The translations under genes were made by a program, and so were the position numbers. From Candidatus Poribacteria bacterium (GTDB lineage Bacteria; Poribacteria; WGA-4E; PCPOR2b), in contig OZ244042.1 of assembly GCA_965215015.1 (NCBI GenBank), positions 1,312,001-1,376,000 on the forward strand: DNA of 64,000 nucleotides, given 5' to 3'. How positions within the stretch are numbered: the first letter of the stretch is position 1; every line of letters begins with the position of its first letter. Positions 50,329 through 59,798 of the stretch are shown here, in pieces. Below the pieces are notes generated by a model, which had not been told where the DNA came from, ran no database searches, and saw nothing but the letters and a program-made list of their open reading frames with translations.

Positions 50329-51300
50329 TTAATTCTTTCGATACACCTCTACCATCTTCTCCGCTGTCTCCACGACCCATTCCCGTAATTCCTTGGGTTC
50401 GATCACCTCTGCCTCATCTCCCCAACCCAAAACCCACCAGCCGACTTCCAGCCAGCCCGCGACTGTGGCTTCAAAACGAAGACCTCCATCAGCGTTTTCG
50501 TGTATCTGCTGTGTCGAATGCCAGCTCACCTCTCGGATGAGAGGCGCGATACGTGGCGCGAACTCAATGGCGACGTGCGTTTCCAGCCCAAGCCTAAAAT
50601 CCCAACTCTTCTCCATGTACTTTTGTACAGAGAAATCTACGGGGATTGTGTAGGGAAGATGGCTGATAAAGAGAGAGTGGATGCGGCTGATACGGAAGGT
50701 CAGAATCTGATTCAACTGTTCAGCATGTCCAATCACATACCAAGCATGTTTGCGAAACAGGATTGCATACGGTGAGAGTCGATGCTGCTCGCGCTTCCCA
50801 CTGCTGAAAGAATTATACGCCATGTTGACCTTGCGCCGTTCCCGAATCGCTTCGTATAGCTTCTCTTTATGCAGTTGTGTTTCATCGATTTGGCTGACCT
50901 GTTGATGTGGGACTTCAATTTGGGGGGCAATCTGATCTAGGGTTTGGTTTGTTTGCTTCGGTAAATCGGAGGTAATCTTATGGATGGCACTATTGAGGCC
51001 CTCTATCGCCTGCTCCCCTTCCGCTGCCTGATAAAAACGGGCTGCTGTAATGAGCGCGAGTGCCTCGTCAAAGTTAAGGTTGAGGGCAGGGAGGAAAAAG
51101 TCGGAGACCATTTCATATCCCTGTTTTCCGCGTGGAATAATCTCGATGCCCATTTCACACAGCAGGTTAATATCGCGCTGGATGGTTGCTCTGTTGACCC
51201 CAAGACGTACTGCCAACCGAGGCCGTGTCCACCGACGGGGTTGGTTGTGGATTAGGGAGGCAACTTCAAGGATCCGTGCCATCTGATATTTTCGGTACAT
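50329..51300 (-). CDS. WYL-domain transcriptional regulator (HTH-WYL-WCX)
   Basis: LA..LGV..ATIQRDI HTH; L.PY......WYVIG...FRISRI; GDEAEVIEP. Confidence 0.92.
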   Translation of the reverse strand: MYRKYQMARILEVASLIHNQPRRWTRPRLAVRLGVNRATIQRDINLLCEMGIEIIPRGKQGYEMVSDFFLPALNLNFDEALALITAARFYQAAEGEQAIEGLNSAIHKITSDLPKQTNQTLDQIAPQIEVPHQQVSQIDETQLHKEKLYEAIRERRKVNMAYNSFSSGKREQHRLSPYAILFRKHAWYVIGHAEQLNQILTFRISRIHSLFISHLPYTIPVDFSVQKYMEKSWDFRLGLETHVAIEFAPRIAPLIREVSWHSTQQIHENADGGLRFEATVAGWLEVGWWVLGWGDEAEVIEPKELREWVVETAEKMVEVYRKN

Positions 51301-51429
51301 GATTTCTTTTCGGTGCTCTTTTGGGTGTAGAAGCCTTGCTTCTAACAATAACCACTAAATTTATTGTCAACCCACTATTGCTCTGATATGTTAAAAGCAT
51401 TCACGGTGCTGCACAAGAACTGTTCACTG

Positions 51430-51792
51430 ACAAGAACCGGTAAAGAATTGGTGGATCTTCTGGATATGCCGGACATGGAGAGTCAAGGTTTCCGAATTGT
51501 CGAGCTTTTTGACAATCTATCGCGAGGCGGTTCGACACAAGCTGAGTTTAGGCGGCGTCCTCTTTGACATTCAGTTCAATACCATCATCTGTGGGATGGG
51601 GTGTCCCATCTTCAAGCCTATTAAAATCCATTCTTCTAGGGCTTCTCGTAATTCCTTTCTACAAGCCTCCAGCGTATCTGCATTTGCCCAAACTCCCTGA
51701 AGGTCAGTAATACTGCCAAAGTAGCCTTCCCCATCCGGTAATATTTCATCGTGCGCCTTACGCATAGCTGCTTGGATGTAATTCGTCAGCAT
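51430..51792 (-). pseudogene. HicB-family antitoxin with frameshifted C-terminus, plus HicA remnant
   Basis: GVWANA.TLE.C..EL.E.LEEW; the natural tail DDGIELNVKEDAA* is in another frame; downstream PKLS...IVKKL...LHV fragment has a stop. Confidence 0.7.
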
Positions 51793-51823
51793 AACTCACC
51801 CTTCCTTTTTATACTCGTTGGTG

Positions 51824-52687
51824 TTATTTATTGTTTTCTTTGGTGGTCTTCTTCGCTTGACTTGCAAGCCGCCCTGCTTGTTTTGCCAATCGGTTGGCTG
51901 CCTCGATCCGTTTCATCAATGCGTGGTTCGTCCACGCAACGCCAGCCAAATACCGAATCTCCTTACCGTCGGTCGCCGGTGCATTCAACGCCTCCACAGC
52001 CGCATAAACCTGCAAGCCACTATCTGCGGTATGGCGGAGTCCCGTATTAACCCCCCTGCCATCAGTTTCAACGCTGAAAGCCAGACTGCCCCTTGCAAAG
52101 GAGGGGTGGAAATCCTTACTGATACCGAAGAATACGCCGCGCAGTACCGTGCTCATACCGATATCTTCCACAAAACGGTGATTCCCGATACCTATGTGTC
52201 CGGTGATATGATGGATACGTGGTAGAGTGAACTGCTTGCTAACCACAAGAAACGCCGATTTGCGTTCATATCGCTTGTTATCGTTCAGTCCGCTCCCAAT
52301 ATTGTCGCCAATATTTTCTAGCCCAACCGCGATGTTGGGAACAGCTCCAGCTTCGCGGAGAAGGAGTGCTTTGAGATTTCCCAATAAAAAACTCTGTTGA
52401 TTGTGCCGCACACTTGTCAGACCGATCTCGATGCGATCAAAAAGCCCAAAATCAAGTTGGAGGGCAGCTTCATCGCGTGGCAACTCGCCTGCGTTGCGGA
52501 AGCTGAAATAGGTTCCAAGGTTAAATATCCCATGTTCAATGACCTTTCCCGTCGGTATGTCTACCAAGCTGCTATCCCGGCAATAGGGGGCAGCCCAAAG
52601 GCAGGGGGAACAAAGCATGGTGATGCAAAACAGGGAAATGAATAGCCGTTTCAACGCAATCGGAGAAGCATTATAAATGGAATTCAT
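51824..52687 (-). CDS. Exported YjbH-like outer-membrane protein
   Basis: Signal peptide; LVDIPT, FGLFDRIEIG, P.IAVG.ENIG and GIG..RF motifs. Confidence 0.6.
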   Translation of the reverse strand: MNSIYNASPIALKRLFISLFCITMLCSPCLWAAPYCRDSSLVDIPTGKVIEHGIFNLGTYFSFRNAGELPRDEAALQLDFGLFDRIEIGLTSVRHNQQSFLLGNLKALLLREAGAVPNIAVGLENIGDNIGSGLNDNKRYERKSAFLVVSKQFTLPRIHHITGHIGIGNHRFVEDIGMSTVLRGVFFGISKDFHPSFARGSLAFSVETDGRGVNTGLRHTADSGLQVYAAVEALNAPATDGKEIRYLAGVAWTNHALMKRIEAANRLAKQAGRLASQAKKTTKENNK

Positions 52688-52890
52688 CGGTTTATCCGAG
52701 GGTTTGAAACCTTTTCGGGGAGGGGACCCACAAGGACTCGGGTGGTACAATTTCTGAATGAAGATCTCTCATTCTGATGGAGGGCAGCTGATACGAAGTT
52801 GTGATTTCGCATTGGTGCGTTAGCAATCAAGGATCGTAAGAAGGGACCGCACACGAAGGTGACAGCCCCTTCCATGGTGAATTTTGTGGT

Positions 52891-53316
52891 TTATTCGAGA
52901 CCAAGCTGATGCATAAATGCAAGCATCTTTGCTTCAGCCTGCTGGGCGACCTGTCCCAGTTTTTCGGGATCGACCGTTGTCTGTTGGATCCGTTCATCGG
53001 TGTTTGTCGCAAGACAGAAACCGAGGTTGTACTTGAGATCGTGCATCGCTTGCTCGACATGGGCACTGACGGGTCCGGCGGGGTACATCCACTGTCGGGC
53101 TCTGTTCTGTTTCAGATTGATGTGGCAGTGTCCCTTTCCGCCTTGTTTTTTTGCCTCGCCAAAGCAGTCAAGACGCAAGATTTCTTGGTCATAGGCGAAG
53201 ACAGATGCTGCAGGACCATACCCTGCGCGGTCATCCCGCCAGTAGACTTCCAGTCGAACATTGTCTTCTAGCGGATATTCGACCAGATCTCTTCTTCCTT
53301 GTTGTTCTGGCGCCAT
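52891..53316 (-). CDS. Hypothetical protein
   Basis: RBS AAGGAAG; protein-like composition; EILRLDCF...H.H motif. Confidence 0.65.
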   Translation of the reverse strand: MAPEQQGRRDLVEYPLEDNVRLEVYWRDDRAGYGPAASVFAYDQEILRLDCFGEAKKQGGKGHCHINLKQNRARQWMYPAGPVSAHVEQAMHDLKYNLGFCLATNTDERIQQTTVDPEKLGQVAQQAEAKMLAFMHQLGLE

Positions 53317-53530
53317 CGTTCTTCCTTTCGATTGTGGATGGTTTGATTTGTAAATGCCTTTGCAATTCTAAAACCGCACGAATCAGCGAGCTACGGACCT
53401 CATCGCCTTTTAGCCGAATCGGTGCTCCTGTCTCAGATTCGCGTTATCTGCATTCTACTACAAAGAATTTGTTTGGTCAAGTCCTATTTTTTGGTTTCTA
53501 TCGGATTTGATTAAACTCCCTCTTCACTTT

Positions 53531-53992
53531 TAGGGTCATTTAGTTTTCGTATTTTCGGTTGATTAAGTTACAGGCGTGTAGTGGAGGTGCGGCGACATAC
53601 CGCATGGCTTGGGATATACTGTGATAGCCAGCAAAGCGGAATACCCCCAGTGCCGTATTCCGTAAAGCACTCATCACCTGTGAAATTACACCGCATTTGG
53701 GATGTATCTTCCCCCAAAACCCTATCCCGCACCCAGTGTGACTGATTCTCAATGGTCCAATGTCCCCGTTGCAAGGAAAGCAAGGCCGCTGCCGATGCCT
53801 CGGTCGGTATTAGACTCGTCATGCCGTATTGGGTGTTTTGCTTCACTTGACCGGTCGCCCCTCGATACGCTCCTAACTATACTCAAACACTTGTTCAACC
53901 CCCGGGCACTGAATATAATGGTTCAATGTTGTGTTGGCAGTCAAGCATCGTGTTTCAATTCTGAAGACAAAAAAATGCTAAAATAACCCCTA
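53531..53992 (-). mobile_element. ISAs1-family transposase remnant
   Basis: YGMTSL...RGHWTIENQSHWVRD....ED, frameshifted, N-terminal part absent; imperfect ends TAGGGTCATTTAG / CTAAAATAACCCCTA. Confidence 0.8.
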
Positions 53993-54787
53993 GGGCAATC
54001 GCATGTAAATATTGTGTAGGACGGACGCACTTAGATTGCGAAAATCATCTCCGATCGTATGCAGAGGTTTGCCCCCCTGTGATCGCCCGCAGGTAGGAGG
54101 TAGAGGGGGTAAACCCAAGATACAGATCGTCAGAATACTGAAACTTAAAATCGTCTCAAGTAAATCCAGATGGATTCAGTTTGTCAAATGTCAACAGAAC
54201 CTAGTTGCCTGATAATACTACATACATGTCGAAAATACCTAGAACGTTGTATAAAGTGCTAGGCTCAATGAGCCAAGAATTGACGGACGACCCACTCACC
54301 GGGTATTTGGGGCTTTGGGGTGTGGTGATTTGATCTTGCTATACATATTGTGTGCCTCTCTGATAAGATCGGGATGCAAACAACTGGAGCGTAAGGATTA
54401 CCCCTATCACCGTTCTATAGACATATTGCTCCTCTGGAGCGAAAGATATTATAAAGTCGCGATTCGGAAATCGCTTGACAGGTTAGAAAACCAGGCTCCA
54501 CTAGAAACCGTGTGCGTTTTTTGTAGGAGAGAATTCCAATTCTCGACTCTTGCATTGGTTTCTGACGCTTGGTTTATCAACTAGCAACTTAGGTTATATT
54601 AGAGAAATCCGCGTTGGCTATAAAATATGTACTTTTTACGCTATTTAAATTTAACGAAACGGAACGAAGAAGCTCCTCGTTTGTTAGGTAGAATATACTA
54701 CAAGATATTGGGTTGTCGAACCCAATAGCATACAAGAAAATTGCAAAAAAAAACGCTGAAACCCGCATTGCCACTGTCTTTTTTCGC

Positions 54788-54816
54788 TTGACATGCTAAT
54801 GTATGTGTAGTATAAT
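54788..54816 (+). promoter_or_regulatory. Consensus sigma70 promoter of hup
   Basis: TTGACA-17-TATAAT, perfect match. Confidence 0.9.
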
Positions 54817-54871
54817 TGGCTCAGTTTTTTAGTACAATTTTTAAGTTTTATCATTAATTTAGGAGGATAAT

Positions 54872-55153
54872 ATGGCTGACGTTACTAAACAGGATGTTGT
54901 CGACGCCGTTGCTAAAGCGACCGGTTTAGGTAAAGCAGGTGCAAATAAAGCCGTTGACGCTGTTATTGACTGTATCAAAGGTTCTTTAGCCGAGGGCAAG
55001 TCTGTTAGGCTAATCGGATTTGGCACCTTTGAAGTCAGGACGAGAGCCCCCCGTGAAGGTCGAAATCCCCAATCGGGAGACACAATCCAAATCCCAGAAA
55101 AGAAGGTTCCTGCCTTTAAAGCTGGAAAAGGGCTCAGAGACTCCGTTGCTTAA
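54872..55153 (+). CDS. hup: DNA-binding protein HU
   Basis: GFGTFEV..R..R.GRNPQSG, PAFKAGK. Confidence 0.97.
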   Translation: MADVTKQDVVDAVAKATGLGKAGANKAVDAVIDCIKGSLAEGKSVRLIGFGTFEVRTRAPREGRNPQSGDTIQIPEKKVPAFKAGKGLRDSVA

Positions 55154-55440
55154 TCGCAATTACCTGTCCGTTTGAAGGAATTGCAAAAAAGGCAGCTATT
55201 GCCCTTCGTGGAGGTGCGCTGGTAGTAAACAGCCCCGAAAAAACCAAAAGGGAAAGAAGCGAGAAACCCGTAAAATCCCCTATAAGCCTTTTAGGGTTGG
55301 GTAGTTGGCAAAATAGGCCACGCTTATGGTAAAATGTAGGGGCAACCCTGGCGGTTGCCCTTTTCTATTGCTTATAGGTAAACTATAAGGGTAATTCCCC
55401 GACGCAGTCAGGATTCAAAGTAACTTGTGGTTGCCCTGTA

Positions 55441-56478
55441 ATGGAGAACAAACAGTTGAACAACACCAATTCCGTTGAAGTGCTAGACGCAGATATAGAA
55501 GCCGCAGAATTTCTGAAAAATGCGCGAGAATCAATTTTGAATGAATTGAAGAAACGAATCGTTGGCCAACAAGCAGTAATCAATGAATTGTTGATTGCGC
55601 TTTTTTCGCAAGGGCACTGTTTACTTGTGGGGGTGCCCGGACTAGCCAAGACGCTACTCATTAATAGTCTAGCTCAAATTTTAGACCTTCATTTTAGTCG
55701 CATCCAATTCACACCAGACCTAATGCCTTCCGACATCATAGGCACTGATATCATTCAGGACGATGTGGAAACCGGCAGACGATTTTTTCGCTTCATCAAG
55801 GGGCCCGTTTTTGCCAATATCGTGCTAGCGGACGAGATAAATCGTACGCCACCCAAAACCCAAGCGGCGTTGTTACAAGCGATGCAGGAGTACAAAGTTT
55901 CTGCGGGCGGCACAACTTATGAGCTAGATCGCCCTTTTTTTGTTTTAGCGACACAGAATCCGATTGAGCAGGAGGGCACATATCCTCTACCTGAGGCACA
56001 ACTGGACCGGTTTATGTTCAACATCTACCTTGATTATCCCGATCCCACCGATGAAAAACAGGTCGTCATGACAACGACTTCCGCGTACGAACCCCAGCTA
56101 AACGCCGTTATCACAAGCGAAGAAATTCTGCGTCTACAGCAGGTTGTGCGGAAGGTGCCGATTGCAGAATCAATCGTTGATTACGCAGTTGCATTAAGTC
56201 ACCGCTCACGTCCAAACGCCCCGAACGCACCAGATTTCATCAAGGATTGGGTCAATTGGGGGGCAGGTCCCAGGGCTTCACAATATCTGGTGTTAGGAGC
56301 GAAAGCGAGAGCGATTACGTATGGTCGTTATCACGTTTCTTACGATGATATACGCGCTGTTGCAAAACCGGTGCTGCGACATCGTATTCTCACGAACTTC
56401 AACGCTGAAGCCGATGGAATATCGAGCCTTGATATCATCGATCGATTGTTGGAAATAGTCGAACCTTCGGAAGCTTAG
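55441..56478 (+). CDS. moxR: MoxR-family AAA+ ATPase
   Basis: GVPGLAKT, RIQFTPDLMPSD, DEINR, NPIEQEGTYPLPEAQLDRF. Confidence 0.95.
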   Translation: MENKQLNNTNSVEVLDADIEAAEFLKNARESILNELKKRIVGQQAVINELLIALFSQGHCLLVGVPGLAKTLLINSLAQILDLHFSRIQFTPDLMPSDIIGTDIIQDDVETGRRFFRFIKGPVFANIVLADEINRTPPKTQAALLQAMQEYKVSAGGTTYELDRPFFVLATQNPIEQEGTYPLPEAQLDRFMFNIYLDYPDPTDEKQVVMTTTSAYEPQLNAVITSEEILRLQQVVRKVPIAESIVDYAVALSHRSRPNAPNAPDFIKDWVNWGAGPRASQYLVLGAKARAITYGRYHVSYDDIRAVAKPVLRHRILTNFNAEADGISSLDIIDRLLEIVEPSEA

Positions 56479-56652
56479 GCAGAAGTATACAAATGAACAG
56501 ATAGCTAGACGAATGAATGCAATTGGGCAGAGATAAAAATCCCGATTCATTGAGCACCTACGATACCTGTTTTTCCATGATTACGTCTACACTTCGCAAG
56601 GCTTCATGCTGTGGGGTGAAAATTCTAAACCCGAATATTGGAGGAAACTTAC

Positions 56653-57438
56653 ATGCGACCTAACAAATTACGCGAGTTGTTGAACGCAGGGAAACCGACG
56701 CTTGGCACTCATATCCATAGCACTTGGCCATCCGTTGTCGAAGCGATTGGACACACAGGGTTGTACGACTATGTTGAATTTGTGGCAGAATATGGTCCCT
56801 TTGATCTGCATGATCTCGATAACCTAGGCCGGGCGGCTGATTTATACGGCATGTCCAGCATGATCAAGGTTGACCAAGAACCGCGCGGCTTTATTGCACA
56901 ACGCGCAATCGGTTCCGGATTCCAGAGCGTGCTGTTCGCCGACTGCCATACAGTAGAAGATGTCAAGGAATGTGTGCGTATTTCACGCCCGGATACCCCC
57001 GAAGATGGTGGTTCTTACGGTGTTGCAACTCGCCGTTTTGCATACATGGGGTACGGAGGCTCCCAAAAATATGTTGAGGCAATTCGGGATGTCGTCGTCG
57101 TGATTATGATTGAGAAAGCGGGCACTGTTGATAATCTAGAGGAGGTCCTTTCTGTCGAAGGGGTTGACATGATCCAGTGGGGTGGATCCGACTACTCGAT
57201 GAATATCGGCAAAGCTGGTGAACGAGGTTCGCCGGAAATTCAAGCCGCCGAGCGCAAAGTATTTGAAACTGCCATAAAGATGGGTGTACCACCGCGTGCT
57301 GAGGTCAATACTGTGGATGCAGCGAAAGCCTATCTTGATATGGGGGTGCGCCATTTCTGCATCGGCACCGATATTTCAATCCTTTTTGATTGGTGGAAGA
57401 CACACGGGGACGATTTTCGGAAAGCACTCGAACCGTAA
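56653..57438 (+). CDS. HpcH/HpaI aldolase family protein
   Basis: IMIEK, EGVD...G.SD.S motifs; RBS GGAGGA. Confidence 0.85.
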   Translation: MRPNKLRELLNAGKPTLGTHIHSTWPSVVEAIGHTGLYDYVEFVAEYGPFDLHDLDNLGRAADLYGMSSMIKVDQEPRGFIAQRAIGSGFQSVLFADCHTVEDVKECVRISRPDTPEDGGSYGVATRRFAYMGYGGSQKYVEAIRDVVVVIMIEKAGTVDNLEEVLSVEGVDMIQWGGSDYSMNIGKAGERGSPEIQAAERKVFETAIKMGVPPRAEVNTVDAAKAYLDMGVRHFCIGTDISILFDWWKTHGDDFRKALEP

Positions 57439-57648
57439 GACCTGAGGCCTGAATCGTGATGCGTAAGTGAGGGAGCGTGGAAGTAGGTGAGCGAGGGAAC
57501 GAGCAGGCGAGAAAGTAAAAAAATACTCACTTCCACGCTCGATCACATACTCATTTCTCATATACTCACCCCCTCGTTTCCTATCTTCCCGTCACGTTTC
57601 ATGATTCATTCATTTAGAAGGAGGCGTGGCTAGAGCCACGAAGACGGC

Positions 57649-58236
57649 GTGACACGCAAAGCTGAAGTTGTCCGCGAAACGCGGGAGACGCAAATTACGC
57701 TCAAACTCAATATCGATGGTTCTGGAAAATCCAATATCAGTACCGGCGTTGGATTTCTCGACCACTTGCTTGAACTCTTTGCCAAACACGGTTTTTTTGA
57801 TCTCGAAGTGAATGCGACTGGCGACTTGCATGTCGATGCACACCATACCGTTGAAGATGTGGGCATCTGCTTAGGAGATGCTTTCAGGGACGCAGTCGGC
57901 GACAAAGCAGGAATGCATCGGTTTGGCAGTTTCACCGTTCCGATGTATGAGGCACTTGCACAGGTCGATTTGGATCTTTGCGGCCGCTCCTACCTTCACT
58001 ACCAAACCCCCCTCGATTATGGAAAGGTCGGCACCTTTGATGTGGAACTTGCTGAGGAGTTTTTCCACGGATTTGTCAACCATAGTGGGACGACGTTGCA
58101 CATCAATGTCCCCTACGGCACCAACCGCCACCATATCATTGAAGCAATCTTCAAGGCGGTTGCAAAAGCACTTGATAGCTCCACAAGTATTGATGATCGC
58201 ATCAGCGGCGTGCTCTCAACCAAAGGGACCTTATAG
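57649..58236 (+). CDS. hisB: Imidazoleglycerol-phosphate dehydratase
   Basis: R.T.ETQI, HHTVED, N.HHIIEA.FKA and STKG motifs. Confidence 0.97.
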   Translation: MTRKAEVVRETRETQITLKLNIDGSGKSNISTGVGFLDHLLELFAKHGFFDLEVNATGDLHVDAHHTVEDVGICLGDAFRDAVGDKAGMHRFGSFTVPMYEALAQVDLDLCGRSYLHYQTPLDYGKVGTFDVELAEEFFHGFVNHSGTTLHINVPYGTNRHHIIEAIFKAVAKALDSSTSIDDRISGVLSTKGTL

Positions 58237-58925
58237 CTGCTATCAGACTGAGATTATTTTTAGGATCGACTGGAATTGTGCCAATCAACTGTACAGGAGA
58301 ATTAACATATTCCTGAAGCTACATGTCCATCCCTAAATATACCGCATTGACCGCCCAAATCCACCAGATGCAGTCCGAGATAGACCAAATACCCGGCATG
58401 TTGCGCTAAAGTCTCTGGTGATCTGGTGAATTGAGGAACACCCTGACTATAGCGCAATGCGTCTGGCAGGTTGAGCCAATAGTATCGCGCGACAGTGTCT
58501 GGTGTTCTCCTGTGGCGCAACGTTGCTGGTATCTGAAACATTGCGTTACCGAGACACACAGATGGAGCAACTCAACCAGATGCAATAGTCTAGAGCCCTT
58601 CGCGCATCAGCCAGTCTTCTCTCGAAGCCATCTCGTTTTTTTACTGCCGCTTCTAATTCATCTATCAATTCTTCAAGGTGATCCTCATCTTTCTTAGAAT
58701 CCGTCGTGTTAGTCTGTGACGATCCCATATGTATCTGCTGGGCTCTCATTTTCAGCCACGCCGCCTGTACCTCAGCGTTAGCCATAATGTCCGCGTCTTC
58801 CGCATCATCCACAACCTGCCGTTCGCTTCCACACGGTAGATGCCCATACACGTCAAAAACCAAAAATAATAGCCCTAACTGTATCCGTTTTATAAGTAGC
58901 TCCTTTCCGATTGATAGATTTCCGA

Positions 58926-59270
58926 TTAGTGTCTGTGCGTGGAAACTAGAGCAACAGGGCGTTGTTGCCTCAATTCCCTAAACTCTATTATCAAAGATTC
59001 CATTTTTGGACCGAGCACCTCTAGTTTGGCCAACCTTTCTTCCTGCGTTAGATGAGATTGAAACTCAATGCCGGTGAGTGATTCTGGCACCGCATCAGCA
59101 TGAAAAGTACAAAAAAGCATAGAAAGAGAATGAGGACCAATTTTGATGGCAATCACCAAACACCTAGCGCAGCTAGGCTCCTCGTAGGAGAAGGGACCGT
59201 AAAAGCTACCACCATCAAAGCCCCCGCTGGCGAAACCTCCACCATCTGACTCCTCAAAACGTGTTTTCAT
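58926..59270 (-). CDS. Possible small hypothetical protein
   Basis: Open frame MKTRFEESDGGGF...CARC...; no recognisable family. Confidence 0.35.
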   Translation of the reverse strand: MKTRFEESDGGGFASGGFDGGSFYGPFSYEEPSCARCLVIAIKIGPHSLSMLFCTFHADAVPESLTGIEFQSHLTQEERLAKLEVLGPKMESLIIEFRELRQQRPVALVSTHRH

Positions 59271-59798
59271 ATTACAATTTGGTTGTAACCGTGATTTTAT
59301 CTCCTCGTTACCATCCTTTGACCCAAACAAAAAAGAGCATAATTTAACTTGAAGCAATTCAAGCCTCGATCCTATTATACCTTATTTTATTATGTCTACA
59401 AAAAAATATTAAAAAAAACAAAAATTTCTGGTGATACCTACACAAGCCTATGGCCAAAAAAAATAAGATAATATTGCGTCCTAGGCTTAAAATGCGTCCT
59501 AGCTTAAAATCTCTGATTTCTACCACTTCCCATCTTTGTACCTAGTAATCGCCCCTCGTTTGGCTAACTGCGCTTTTGCGTAATATGCTGGTATTTGCGA
59601 ATACTTCCACTGTTCCGCCAAAGAACTTTCCTGTAAACTAGCCCTTTCCCTTCTACGTTTATCTCCAAATCTGGGTAAGCCGTTATGAAAGATACCTGCT
59701 GTGCATTTAAATTTCCTTATGGAGTCGGCAGATATCTTTCGGAAATTCGCTAGACTAGTGAACGGTTTATCTGATTCCAGATCTGACGGAGATACGCA

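Noticed and set aside
57450-57608. Large imperfect hairpin of degenerate 7-8-nt units before hisB
   Set aside because: Looks like a generic intergenic short-repeat element; no His-rich leader peptide or attenuator evidence
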